This document shows, piece by piece, positions 48,501 to 61,336 of a DNA stretch of 64,000 bases. A program made the translations under genes and the position numbers. Position 1 is the stretch's first letter; every line of letters starts with the position of its first letter. The DNA is taken from contig JAGIQG010000020.1 in the NCBI GenBank assembly GCA_024679065.1, forward strand, positions 7,936,001 to 8,000,000, given 5' to 3'. The stretch is from Sphyrna mokarran (lineage: Eukaryota). The notes below the pieces were generated by a model. That model saw only the letters and a list, made by a program, of their open reading frames with translations, was not told where the DNA came from and did not search any database.

Positions 48501-50289
48501 CGTTAAGGAACAGACTCCACTTCGAGCAATGCATGAATTCTATCCAGATGGATCCAGTTTCATGGATATGCACAATACTTGATCTCTCTTATCCTGAGTC
48601 CTGACATTGGTGCGTATTTGATACTCAATTCTCTGTAATAACGTGCTTCCCAAATTGGCCCAGATGTTGGCCAAATAGCCGTGAAAACCCAATATGGACG
48701 TATTTTTTTATTCATTCGTGTCATATGGATGTCGCTGGAAGGCTAGCGCTTATTGTTCATCCCTAGTTGCCCTTGATTAGAAGTTAGTTGGGAGTTAGCC
48801 ACGTTGCTATGGCTCTTGGATCACATGTGTGCCAGACCAGGCAAAGACGGCAGATTTCCTTTCCTAAAGGTGCATCAGTTAACCAGATGGGGCTTTTTGA
48901 CAATCCTTTCATGTTTCTCAATTCCAGTTTTTTTTTAACTGCACGAGCTTCCTTAGCGGGATTCGAACCGTTGGCCACAGACATTAGCTGTCTTTCTGGA
49001 TTAATAGTTCAGCGATAATACCACTCGGATATCGATCCATAAGTAGATCAATTGCTTTCAAAAAATCTTAATGCAGGAAATTGTAGGCGCTCTGGCAGAA
49101 TTATCCGAGAAATTGCTGAATACTGGAGAGGTGTCTGGACACGGGACAAAAGCAGGCTAACTTTTAAATAGGAGCAAAAGTGAATCACTTTTAACAGACA
49201 GTCTTACTGCAGGATTTGCCAGACACATGGGATGTCTGCCGTCCATTGGGTGGAAAATTCGGGAAACATTTATCAAAAAAAAATCGAGCATCTGTACAGA
49301 AAGCAGATCCACGTATACAGGAGATTAGAGTGATGGCCGAGAATTCAGTAACCTAACTTATTGTGCTTCTTTGGTAAACTGCCTTGATAGTTGGAAAGTC
49401 TGGTATTTGAATTTCAGAGAGACATTCGATAAAGATCCTGCGGAAAGATTGGTACTGGATTTGAAGAATGCAATAACGATTGGAAATATGTTACAATGGA
49501 TAGTCTGACAGCCATTTGAAGAGGGGTGCACACGAATCCCCTATCATTTCTCTCTAATTCTGGCCATAATAGACCTTTCGTTTTTTTGGGCTGGAGGTGC
49601 GGGGGTGGGCGGGGCTGTGGGGGCGAGGGGTAGTTGGGGAGCTGCTATGGTTGGTGAGGGCCGTATTAAACGAAGACGAATTTAGCTGTCTGTGCTTAAT
49701 CATTTATGTGTTGTTTTCAAATAACTTAATCTGGCCAGCCTCCAAAAAAGGTTAACTTGCATGAATATAAAAACCCACCCAGGTAAAAGTGACGAACGCA
49801 TTTCACAAGATAACTCTCAATTTCGGAATATGCTCACCCACACAGTGAAACACGCCGAATGGCCAAACTTTGCAATAGGCAGCTGTTTCCTTAGCCAAAT
49901 TAAAATCACATGTCAAAAGGAAAAGTAAAAGAAAAGTTCACCGTGATGAGTATTTTACTGGTATCTGTGGTTGTGGCAGATTTTCTTCATGCTGGTGTTG
50001 GGATTCCAGGAATTGAAGTTCACATAAAAATGCATTTCCACAGGAAATTTATTTCAGAATTGTCATCCGTCTTTTTCTAAGGTTGATGATTTTTGCACCC
50101 GCTCTTTATTTCGTTGTATAGACATTGCCTCTGTGCTTAAACAGTAACAGAGAGAGGATCTTAACTGTGGAGAGAAGAGTAGCCAGTCCCAGCTGGCAGA
50201 CTCGAAGCATGAGTGCAGACATCTTTGTAGAGGTAGCTAAAGTCATATTTTTGCCGAATGAAGACTACGCATTCACCAGAATAAATCCT

Positions 50290-50548
50290 CACGGTGACTC
50301 AGTATTTAGCTCTAGTGCCAAATAGCGCCAGAGATCCGGAAAAATTATTGTGCGGAATCTGCACTTCCTCTCCGTGTCTGCGTGGGTTTCCTTGAGTGCT
50401 ACACTTTCCTTCCGCCGTTCCAAAGATGTGCTGGTTAGATGCATTAGCCGTTCTACCTCAGTGTACTGGCGTATGGCGACCAACAGATTTGCAGAGTGAC
50501 TTCATTGCAGTGTTAACGTTGCCTATTTTGTGACACTAATAAATAAAC
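50290..50548 (+). mobile_element. V-SINE, uninterrupted paralogue of 29792-30675
   Basis: Decayed tRNA head, V core (tgcacttcctctccgtgtctgcgtgggtttcc) and an aataaataaact tail. Confidence 0.75.
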
Positions 50549-51002
50549 TTAAACAATCTGATACAGTGTGGTAACTATAAGCTGGCATTCACTTATAAAT
50601 CTATTGAATTTGATATTGTTCAGGGAGATGAAAGTCCTAAAATTGTTTAGATCTGGTAAGTAGTTTAATTTCTGAGTATACAGTGTGGATGAGTTTAGTC
50701 GTTCCTATATGTCACTATCTTACATCGTTACAGTCCTCTTAGTGTATATATGTCGTTTTTATTGTAGTAAATAGACGTTAATAGTGTTGTACTCCGAATG
50801 GGCTGTCCACTGTCTTTCTTGGGTCTTGCATATTGTTCCTCAGACCGTTCCCGCAAACATATTTATGCACACTCATTTCCCGGTGTTTCAGGTTGGGACA
50901 TCCTCTCAGATAACATCAGCCGGGTTCCTGACAACTGCAGTCAGCTCCATCTGTTGAAGAACTTGATTTATTACATCATTACGTTCTCAGCTTAAACTGC
51001 TG

Positions 51003-51115
51003 TGTAAGAAGTCTGCAACACCAGTTTTAAATGCAACCAATTTATTTGATAGCAAACTCACAAGCTTTCGGTTTTATAGCCTTTGTCAGGCGAATGAGGT
51101 GTTCTGGTCTCCAAA
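51003..51115 (-). mobile_element. Penelope-type repeat fragment with a degenerate hammerhead (51058-51093) at a deletion junction
   Basis: Reverse complement TCGC-CTGACAA-AGG...CC-GAAA-GC-TT-GTGA, followed by aaataaa...ctggtgttgcagacttctt as in the other copies. Confidence 0.55.
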
Positions 51116-53909
51116 AGAACAAAACATTTAAATATGGAATGATGCAAACGCTTTGTAGAAACCCACAGAAAAATTAAATATGAGAATTAAAGTCAATTGA
51201 GCAAGGTAGAAGAATGCCAATGATGAGAACATTTAGATTTCCCAAGGCCCAAAATGTGAACTTTGTTTTGCTCAATCTTATGCAAATCATAGTCTGGGAA
51301 GCTCTGATTTCTCAGTTTCCCAATGAAATGTACAGATTCAAGGTTCTAAATTAAAACACAGGAACACTGATATAACTTTTACAATAAGATAATGCAGAAT
51401 GAAATTATTTGTCAGCACATTACAAATTAAAACATATGAACACTTTTTTGCATACCATTCAAAAAGTTATATCTTAATATAATGCTGATTTAAATCGTAG
51501 CTTCACAAATTTAGAACAAATAATCGAACCTGTTTCTATATTAAATAATACTCACTTTCAAAAATTAAAAGAATAAAAATTAATTCTTAAATGAGCCAAT
51601 AACAACAACATCAATTACATAAAATAATCAAATATTAAAAATGTTTCAACATTGTAGGAACTTTTCAGAGACCAATTTACTATCCTTGCTTTTACGTGAG
51701 AGATTTTTCTTTATTAATTACAGCTCAGCAAATATAAAGAACTCAGAGAGACACTGTTATGAATAAAGACATTCTTTATTGCCCAGGCGTGGTCAATGCA
51801 CGTAGAAGAATTATTTGTGGAAACCCAAATTATTCTGATTTACATTGTTAGCAGTATTACAATTATACATTTTCATAAATTATCTGCCTACCTACTCTGT
51901 TCATCCTAACCAGATCAGCCTATCACATTAGTATGAATTATTTGGCCAGTATCATTCAACCCTCATGTAGCATAAAAATACATAGGTCTGTAGACCCGGG
52001 CACCCTTGCCCACTGTCTCCTAACAGCCCTATATACATAAGTCTATAGAGTTCAAAAGTCCTTTTCCCACTGTCTACTGAGGAATTCTTTTGTGGGAAAA
52101 TTGTGTTATTTCATTCATTTGGCTGTCTGAGACCTCTCGAGCTATTGAGACTCACGCTGATTAGAGAGTCATTTTCTACTTCACTTAGTGGCTGCAATAT
52201 TTTCAAGGTTCTTTTTATTCAATTCTGCAGCTGACCAAGGTGTACAGAATATTCAAAAATACATATTTATATTCTCTCACAGTGGTTATATGTGTTTCTG
52301 TGCAAACAGTACTTTGTCACTCCAGGTACTTCGTACCTTTTCTGTACAATACACATTCTAAATTAGCTTATCTTAATCGATTTAGTCTGAAGTGATCATA
52401 AAGTCCTCCAACAAATGTACTCCTATAACAGTAGGGAAATCCTTCTGTTTTCAATGTAAAGTTGCAAATTCCAAACTGACCTTAATGGGCACTCCAAGTC
52501 TGGCACATCATTAGGGAGCTTGGTGAGGACTCTCCTGTGTTGTGCTGTTTTTTGAAGAAATGGTTTCGAGGCAGGAGGATGTTGCTCCCACTGGAAGTTC
52601 AGGTAAAAGTTTTCAGACCAAGCAAGCGCCCAAAATTTCCTTTGCACATAAATTCCAATGGCCAATGTAGGGTCAGCCAAAATAGAAACAAATTGCATAG
52701 TTAGGTCTCCTGAGCAACTGCGCCGACACTATTAATGTATGCAGCAGGCTCGAACACACAACAAAGTCATCTGACCAGGCCTATGATGTCACAAGCAATC
52801 CCCTAACCACGCCTTCTTGTGATGCGGCCAGCCTAGTAACGCCCTTTGAGGTTCAGGTTCCAAAAGGCTGTTTTGCATTGAAAAGGAGTCCCGGCTCTTA
52901 GAAAAGTACGTATTTGCATTTTTTTTTTTGCTATGTCTTTCAAGTAGAATATACAGATGGCTCACTCAACCCGTATTTTGTTAAATTTATTCCAAATAAA
53001 TAAATAATAATACTCATATTCAATACTCATATATTGAATATGAGTATCAGTTAATATGTGAAGTTGAACAATTGTTTTATTGGTTTCAAGTTGGTGAAAA
53101 TACCATTTAGTCATAGGATCATAGGGGTGAACTTTCCCTTCCCAGCTGCCACAGGAATCCTAGTGGTTGAGGGATGGGCAACGGAAAGATCTGTTGACCT
53201 CTGGCAGGATTTTTTCAGTTTCGCTTAGAGCACAGGAACATAATCCCGCCCACAGAACCTCTATAGTGCAGAATGAAGCCGTTTGACCCATTCAGGCAGC
53301 AGCAACAACAATCCCACCCAGGCTAGTAGCCATCCCGTTCAGATACATTTGCCTCTGAGCAAAATTCGCCTCCAGCAGCGATGGAGGGAAAGACGTCACA
53401 TGGACAGAGAGGTGCCCCGGTGGCGACCCTTTTCCTCTCCCTCCAAGACTGCTACCTCTACCTCAACAATCTTCTCCTCTTAGGCATGTTGCATTTTTAA
53501 TTGCTTATTCCGATTTTTTTGAAGTTAATATTTCTGCATTGTTTATTTCAAGTATTCCATTATTCTAACATTTATTCAACATGTTTGATGTTTGAATAAA
53601 TAATTTGAATCATTTTGTTAAGTTTAATGAAAGAAGATTACAAACCAAATGAGAAAAATAATTGTCTCACTGTATAAGTTTAATCATGTTCACATTTATC
53701 TTAAACTATCTGAACTTTTCAAAACGTTTTCAATAAAATATATTTCATAACTTTAAAAGCATGAACAATGCAAACTGTTTTCAACTTCAAAGAAACGTTC
53801 TTATCTTTCTGTCGACAAGAAGGTAACAGGAGTGGAGGGCTTGAAGGGAGGAATGGATGTAAGTGTTGCAAAGGGAGTATTTAGACGTACGAATGAATCA
53901 TTTTAACAG

Positions 53910-56900
53910 CTCATTACCCAAAAGCAGCAACTGCTAGGCATTTTAAACTGCCGTTGTGTCACCTGGAGTTCGGCCTCTCCATCAGGCTCCATATTGACCT
54001 CGTCCAGCTTCCCCATTTCCGAAGGCAAGTCATCTTCGCGGTGAATGCCTGGTCTACGCTGGAGGGAAAGGTTTTGGTATTCACAACACGTGACAAAAAT
54101 CTTTGTCACTTTCCCTGGTGCATACACGCCATCTGACCTGCCAGTGAAAACATCACTTCGGTATGCCAATTACAAAGAACAAAGAACAAAGAACAAAACA
54201 GCACGGGAAACAGGCCCTTCGGCCCAACGAGCCCGCGCCGCCACCCCGATGTTCCCATCTCTACCCACGATCCCTGTCCATGTTTATAGATCTATGGATT
54301 TAAAAACCAAATTTGAGACAATTTAGGGAGAATTTGTTTTGCCAATTAGCCTAAGAGCACATCTTTGGGATGTGGGAGGAAACCAGAGCTCCCGGAGAAA
54401 GCACGGGGAGAATGCGCAAACTCCCACAGACACAGGCCCAAATCCATGTATCTGCACAGCACAGCAATACTCACTGAGCTGTCATGTTGCCCATCAGAAG
54501 GTCCAGGTCAAGCATACACTAACAACGTGAAGCAGTAGGATACTCTCAAAAAAGATCCAAGAGCAGCCCTCTCATGACCCATCGTGTGTATGCCCCTCGT
54601 TAGACAACAAGGTGGACCAAAGCACCTGTAGGATAAAAACAAGTACATCAATATCATCATCTATTTACACACTTCCCAGGGACTCCTAAGGCTTATGATC
54701 CCTATTTTAAATCAGTTTTCTATACCCCTCCATTCCCATTCTGTTCATGTGCCCATCTACGTATTTCTTAAATACCTCCAGAGTACCTGCCTCCACCACT
54801 TTACTTGGCAGCGCATTCCATACCCCCACCACCCTCTGTGTGAAAAAACTTCCTCTAGCATCCAAATTATACCTTAACCCCCTCACCCTAAGCCCGTGAC
54901 CCCTCGTGCTATTTGAGTCCATCCTAGGAAAAAGCTTAACCCTGTTTACTGTATCTATACCCCTCATAATCTTGTACACCTCTATCAGATCTCCTCTAAG
55001 TCTACATCTTTCTAAGGAAAACAGTTCCAATTTGCCTAACCTCTCCTCGTAACTCAGACCTTCCATACCAGGCAGCATCTGGTAAACCTCCTCTGCACTC
55101 TCTCCAGAGTCTCCACGTCCTTCCGGTAGTAAGGCGACCAGAACTGGATGCAGTATTCCAAATGAGGTCTAACTAATGTTTTATACAACTGCAACATTAA
55201 AGGCCAGCTCTTGTACTCTATACCCCTTCCTATAAAGACTAACATACTATATGCTTTCTTCACAACCTTCTCCACTTGCTCTGCCACCTTCAGAGACTTG
55301 TTCACCTGCACCCCGAGGTCCCTCTGCGTTTCTATACTCTTAATAGGTCTACCCTTTATCGTATACCTCCCCCTTACATTCTTTCTCCCGAAATGCATCA
55401 CCTCACATTTATCAGGATTGAATTCCATCTGCCATCTGTCTGCCCTAGCTACCAGCCTATCTACGTCCTGCTGCATCGCCTGACAATGCTCTTCACTATC
55501 TGCAAGTCCAGCCATCTTTGTATCATCTGCAAGCTTGCTGATCACTCCACTTACTCCCTCTTCCAAGTCATTTATATATATTACAAATAGAAGAGGTCCC
55601 AGTACTGAGCCCTGCGGCACACCACTAGTGACCGACCTCCAGCTAGAGCAACACCCTTCCACTATTACTTTCTGTCTCCTATTACCAAGCCAGTTACTTA
55701 TCCATCTAGCTACATGTCCTTGTATCCCATTTGCCTTGACCTTCTCAACTAACCTCCCATGAGGGACTTTGTCCAACGCTTTACTAAAATCCAAACAGAC
55801 AACATCAACGGCTCGCCCTTCGTCCACTGATTTCGTCACCTCCTCAAAAAATTCTACCAGATTTGTAAGGCACGACATCCCCTTAACAAATCCATGCTGC
55901 GTATCCTTAATCAGATCGCAACGCTCTAAGTGCCTATACATCCTATCTCTAAGAATCCCTTCCAACAGCTTCCCTACCACTGACGTCAAACTCACCAGTC
56001 TATAATTTCCAGGGTTATCCCTACTACCCTTTTTAAACAACGGTACAACATTAGCTATTCTCCAGTCCTCTGGGACCTCACCTGTGTCCAAGGAAGAGAC
56101 AAAGATTTGCGTCAGAGGCCCAGCAATTTCACCTCGCACCTCCCTAAGCAGTCTGGGATAAATGCCATCAGGCCCAGGAGATTTATCAGTTTTAATGCTA
56201 CCTAGAAGCTCTAACACTTCCTCCTTCGGTATGGATATTTCCCTCAACTGGTCCACAGCTCCCTCAGAGACAGGAGCTGTCAACAAGCCCCTCTCCTTCG
56301 TGAATACCGACGCAAAGTATTCATTCAGGATCTCCGCCATTCCCTCGGGCTCTAAGCACAGTTCCCCTCCTCTGTCCCTAAGAGGTCCGATTTTTCCTCT
56401 AACCACCCTTTTATTCCTAACATAGGAATAAAAAGCCTTTGGGTTTTCCTTAATCCTATCCGCCAAAATCATTTCATGCCCCCTTTTTGCCCTTCTAACT
56501 TCCTGTTTGAGCTCCCTCCTACTTTCTCTATATTCCTTCAATGCTGTCTCGGTTCCCAGCTGCTTCGACCTATCATGCGCTTCTCTTTTCTTCCTAACAG
56601 TCCTCAATATCCCTGGTAATCCACGGTTCTCTAATGCTACCTTTCCCCTCTTTCCTCTTGGCTGGCACGTACTTATCTTGCAACATTTTCAGTATTCCCT
56701 TGAAAGAGTCCCACATGCCTAGCGTGGACTTACCCTCAAACAACCGTTCCCAATCAGTGTCCCTAAGTTCCTGCTTAATCCGACTGTAGTTAGCCTTCCC
56801 CCAATTCAGCACCCTGCCCCTAGGGCAACAAGCATACCTTGACCATCACCTGACGAGTTGCTATCTGAGCACAGTTGTAACGCTCCGGTGCTTCACGTTT

Positions 56901-57000
56901 GTCTTGCGGAATTTTGTCGTCAGTCGTGTCCCCATTCGGTATCCCTTATCACCTAGTAATCATCCTGTAATTCCAGGTAATAATGTCATGGTGAGATATT
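53910..57000 (-). pseudogene. Harbinger transposase relic, copy 3, split into about 53910-54171 and 56836-57000 by a CR1 insertion
   Basis: The flanks rejoin to match 38090-38130 (tatgccaat-taccttgaccatcacctgacgag). Confidence 0.8.
54172..56835 (-). mobile_element. Young 5'-truncated CR1 LINE, same subfamily as 26430-29246 and with the same long 3' region
   Basis: ORF pieces 56594-56812, 55054-56607 and 54707-55078 are near-identical to the 700-aa ORF; different 5' truncation, own tail, possible TSD TAC; FADD is changed to LADD. Confidence 0.95.
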
Positions 57001-59457
57001 ACACTGAACTCTCAATAATATGCATGTGTTGTACCTTTCAGCGCTTGGAATAAGTCGATTAAGTTTCATCAATAATTTTCCAAATTTACAAAGTTACAAC
57101 AATTACACACAACTCTACATAAATACTCATTAATACTTGAACAAGATTAGGCTGTTAAGCATAACACAATAAATTCAACAGATATTAAAATTTGAAAGAA
57201 CTACGAAGTTACAAATGTTAACTATAGCATATAATTCTAAACTTACAACGTCAAAGTTGTTGCATGATGCGAAATAAAATGATTTCCGTTAACCATCACA
57301 AGTTAAACTGCATTGATTCAATAAACACGGCTGAATGATTTAATACTTATTCTTTCCTTGCATAGTGGGACTTTGAATTTAGTGAATGGAGCTGATAATT
57401 TTAATTCCTAGGGAGGTGCATAGTTCCATACCGATAATTGTTCAACCTTAATGTTTTACCTTACTGCTTTAAGGTCGTGTGTCCTTTATTCCTTGTCAAG
57501 TTTGACTGTGGTGCTAAGGTCAAGTCATGTGATGAGTTGTGTCCTAAAGTTCAGCACAACACCAAGTTGGGTTGACATACATGGATTGTGTGCACACTCA
57601 TCTAAAATTAAAAATTAAACTTCAATTTGTGGCGATGGTGAGGCCACATATGGAGTATTTTGTGCAGTTCTGTTGTGAGTATCTGCAGAAGGAAGTCCTT
57701 GCTATCGAGCGAATAGAGTGAAGGTTTATCAGGATGATTTCTGGGAAGGAAAGTCTGTCATACAGAGACAGACTAAGTCAGTTAGGATTATATTCACTGG
57801 AATTTAGAAGAGTGAAAGGGGATCTCATAGAAACTTATGAAATTCTACCAGGGTTAGGTAGGGTAGGTTCAGAATGAATGTTTCTAATATTTGAAACTAG
57901 GGGGTCATATTTTCTGGAAAAAGGGTAAACCTTTTAGAAATGAGGTGAGGAGAAAGTTCTTCACCCAGAGGGTGGTGAATGCATGGAATTCACTACCACA
58001 GAATGTAGTTGACGCCAAAACGTTCTCTGATTTTAAGAATATATTTGATATAGTTCTTAGGGCTAAAGGTATACAGGGATATTGGGGGAACAGGTCATCC
58101 AGTCAGGATTCAACAGGATATTGAATTGGATGATCAGCCCTGGTCACAATAAATGGTAGAGCAGGCCCGAAGAGCCCAACGGCCTACTCCTGCTTCTAGT
58201 TTCTATGTTTCCCTGATATCTCGACTCTCCACACTCTCTCGATTCTGTATGGCAAACACTGTCAGCTATGGGTGGCAGACTGATGCTTCTGTATTTTCTT
58301 CGGTTAAGTTGTGCTTTTAATCTTCAGCTAAAGTTATGGTTACCTTTCGCTGTTCAAAGTTTGTGTTCCATTCAACTGTTTTTATTTATCTTTGTGTTAT
58401 TCATTGAAAATTTAGAATTGAATCTTTCTCTACATTGGCTGAGCTTAATTCGACTCTGTTGTGCCTGTTCTATAGTTGCTGTATCATTGTAACATATCAA
58501 AAATAAAGTTATTAACATAAAGTTATTAATGAGTTGCAAAACGTTAAAGATTTCAAAACATTGCGAATTAACACAATGTTGCTTTCATGTTGAAGTATTA
58601 ACATTTTTTTCAACGAGTTTTTGATGATAAAATAAATGCTGGAAAATAGACTTTATATTTTGATTTGTCATCACCTCCTCTCTGTCTACTCTTTGAACTC
58701 TCCTTGTCAATCTTCCATATTTCAATGAACTAATCTTTAATTCATTAACAATTCAAAGAGTGGTGACCTCATTTACTCAGACTCTGATAGTAGGGCAACA
58801 CAGTGTCCGAGGAATTAATGAAACTATATCCTTCCTTATATTCTAGCAAATTGTTTACCTCAGGTGTGCACTGTGGTATAGTAGTTAACACTACTGCCTC
58901 AAAGCGCCAGGGACCCGGGTTCAATTGCAGACGCGGGTCACTATCAGTATGAAGTTTTCATATTCCCCCGTGTCTGTTTGTGTTTTCGCTTTGTCTCCCT
59001 TCAAACTCTAAAAATGTGCAGTTTAACTTGATCCTGTCATGCAAAGCTACCCCTTACTGGCAGCACCACTACCAGGGATTACTGGGCCTGGGTGGAATTG
59101 TCCGCGTAGTTTTGATGGACCAAAAGGCGTCTAGGGATTCTATGATTTCACCAGCGTTCGCAGATTTTACACAACTACAGCAAAATTGTGTTATTTCTGT
59201 ACACCAATCCACTTACAAGAAGATAAATCTTGTAATTTGCCTACCTGATTCTTTGTACCTGTTCTACACTGCAGTCTCACTCGCCATCAATATTTATAAA
59301 TTGCATTTGATCCTCTATTTACAGGAATACATTTCGAAGTAACCATGATAATGGTAAGCTTTTCAAAACATTGGAAGGTTTAGGTAAACAAATTCAAAGA
59401 CCACAATAGAAACAAGAAACTATTAGAAATACTCAACACAGCCTATGCGGAGAAGAG

Positions 59458-59503
59458 TGGCTCAACTGATGACGGAGCAGCGCTGCGAAAGCTGGTGATG
59501 CCA
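59458..59503 (+). ncRNA. Minimal hammerhead-like motif, more degenerate copy
   Basis: TCAA-CTGATGA-C-GGAGC-AGC-GCTGC-GAAA-GC-TG-GTGA. Confidence 0.6.
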
Positions 59504-59773
59504 AATAAACCTCTTCGAATTTAACCTGGTGTTGTGAGACTTCTTACTGTGCCCACCCCACTCCAACACCGGCATTTCCACATTTGTGGAGAAGGAAAGA
59601 GTTCAGGTTTCAGGTCGATCTCCTTTCATGAAACAAACTTTAGAAATGCTTTGCAGTTTTAGTCAACTTTAATTATTGGAAGTAAATAAAGTTTTAGCTC
59701 TGAGACGGGAAAATTAGCAGCAATAGCAATCGCCAAAAACCGGCTGATAACAATCATCGCCACAGGATTTAGG

Positions 59774-59856
59774 AACCAATCTGATTGGTTGAAATGAAAA
59801 GATTAATTTGCATTCCAACACAAGGTAACACCTTCTTGTAACAGGGGCTATTAAAA
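59774..59856 (+). promoter_or_regulatory. IgL promoter, cluster 4 (CCAAT pair 59774-59790, octamer 59806-59813, TATA-like 59849-59856)
   Basis: AACCAATCTGATTGGTT, TAATTTGCAT and TATTAAAA. Confidence 0.88.
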
Positions 59857-59935
59857 GGCAGAGAGAGAGATTGCGACTGTGAACCCATCTTGACAAATAA
59901 CTGGCAGAACTCGGTACTTCGGCAAACTTTTCACA

Positions 59936-59984
59936 ATGACTGACTGGGTCCATGCGATCATTGTATTCATTTTTGGTCTGGCAT
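59936..59984 (+). CDS. IGLV: IgL cluster 4 leader exon
   Basis: MTDWVHAIIVFIFGLA, donor GTGAGT at 59985. Confidence 0.93.
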
Positions 59985-60120
59985 GTGAGTATTTAAAACG
60001 TAGGGTCGATGTAAATGTGCATTTTCGAAGACTATTTCGGTGATTTTTCGAAAGGCAATTTTTTTTCTGTAATTAATTTGAGTAGCTTAACATTAATATT
60101 TGGAATCTGTTTTCTTCCAG

Positions 60121-60468
60121 TTTCTAACGCGGCGATTACAGTCACTCAACCACCCTTGAAATCTACTTCTCTCGGAGGAACCGTCCAAATAAGTTGCACC
60201 TTGTCTGGCGCCAGTTTAGAAAGCACCTACATATTTTGGCACCAACAGAAATCTGGAAATGCTCCCCGGTATTTGCTTTCCCACTCTGCTGGAAGCAGCA
60301 CTAATAGAGCCCCGGGAGTTCCAGACCGGTTTTCAGGTTCGGTATCCGGTAACACGGGAACTTTAAGTATCAGTCAAGTTGAATCGGAGGACACCGCAGA
60401 GTATTATTGTGTTCTGTCGGCAAGCGGCATGTACAACTTTGGCAGCGGAACCAAGCTGAGCGTTGGCA
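60121..60468 (+). CDS. IGLV: IgL cluster 4 germline-joined VJ exon (CDR3 VLSASGMYN, J FGSGTKLSVG)
   Basis: Acceptor tttcttccag ends at 60120; V motifs intact (WHQQK); donor GTGAGT at 60469. Confidence 0.97.
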
Positions 60469-61049
60469 GTGAGTAAATTCCCTTCTGTTACATTGTCCAA
60501 AAGTCGCTTCCGGTTAATAACAAAACATTCCCTGGGTATCTTATTTTAATAAATTCCAATGTTCTTTTAACCCAACCACGAATTCAATTTAAGCCATATA
60601 AGGCGATCTGCAAATAATGTTACTATTTGTTGCCTTCCAATTCGATAATGTTTTCTGATCTATCTGTCGGTCTGCATTGAATTGTTTTAGTGGAGGCAGA
60701 ACAACAAGCAGCCGTAAAATTCTTGTCTCATCATATCAGCGGGATGAACAAAACGCTTTAATCTTCATGTGTCATCACATGAACTTGCAGAGAAAGAAAA
60801 CATGTAGACTCCTGGTAATACCAAGAAATATTTCAGTGATTTTAAATCCCGTTACTTAAAGATTTTACCAAATCACAGTGCCTGTTGACTCAAGTAAATA
60901 GTGAGCACTTGCGCCAGTTACTCGACCTCGCGTAGCAATAGCCCCTCATAAATAGCCCATCAAATATAGCAAAAGAAATAGGAAGGCAAAAAATGGATGA
61001 TAAATCAAACTAACTGCAACACTCTGCTCTCGGACCCCCTGCTAACTTA

Positions 61050-61336
61050 CAAAGTAAAGTATATTAATTAGTCACAAGTAAGGCTTACATTGCAATGAAG
61101 TCACTGTGAAATTTCCCAAGTCGCCACACTCCAGCGCCTGTTCGGGCTAATACACCTGAATAGCACATCTTTCCGACTGTGGGAGGGAACCAGAGCACTC
61201 GGAGAAAACCCGCGCAGACACGGGGAGAACGTGCAAATTCATCACAGGCAGTGACCCTAGGCGGGAATCAAGCCCGGTTTCCTGATGCTGCGAGGCAGTA
61301 ATGCTAAACACTGTGCCATCTCTTCATCGCTGCCTC
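61050..61336 (-). mobile_element. V-SINE in the cluster 4 J-C intron
   Basis: Close match to 19097-19376 at the same site. Confidence 0.87.

Noticed and set aside
49841-49880. CACAGTG heptamers here and near 6889, 16846, 52277, 58799 and 60874 as possible RSS or orphan V/J segments
   Set aside because: No ACAAAAACC-like nonamer at 12 or 23 bp and no adjacent V or J coding sequence.
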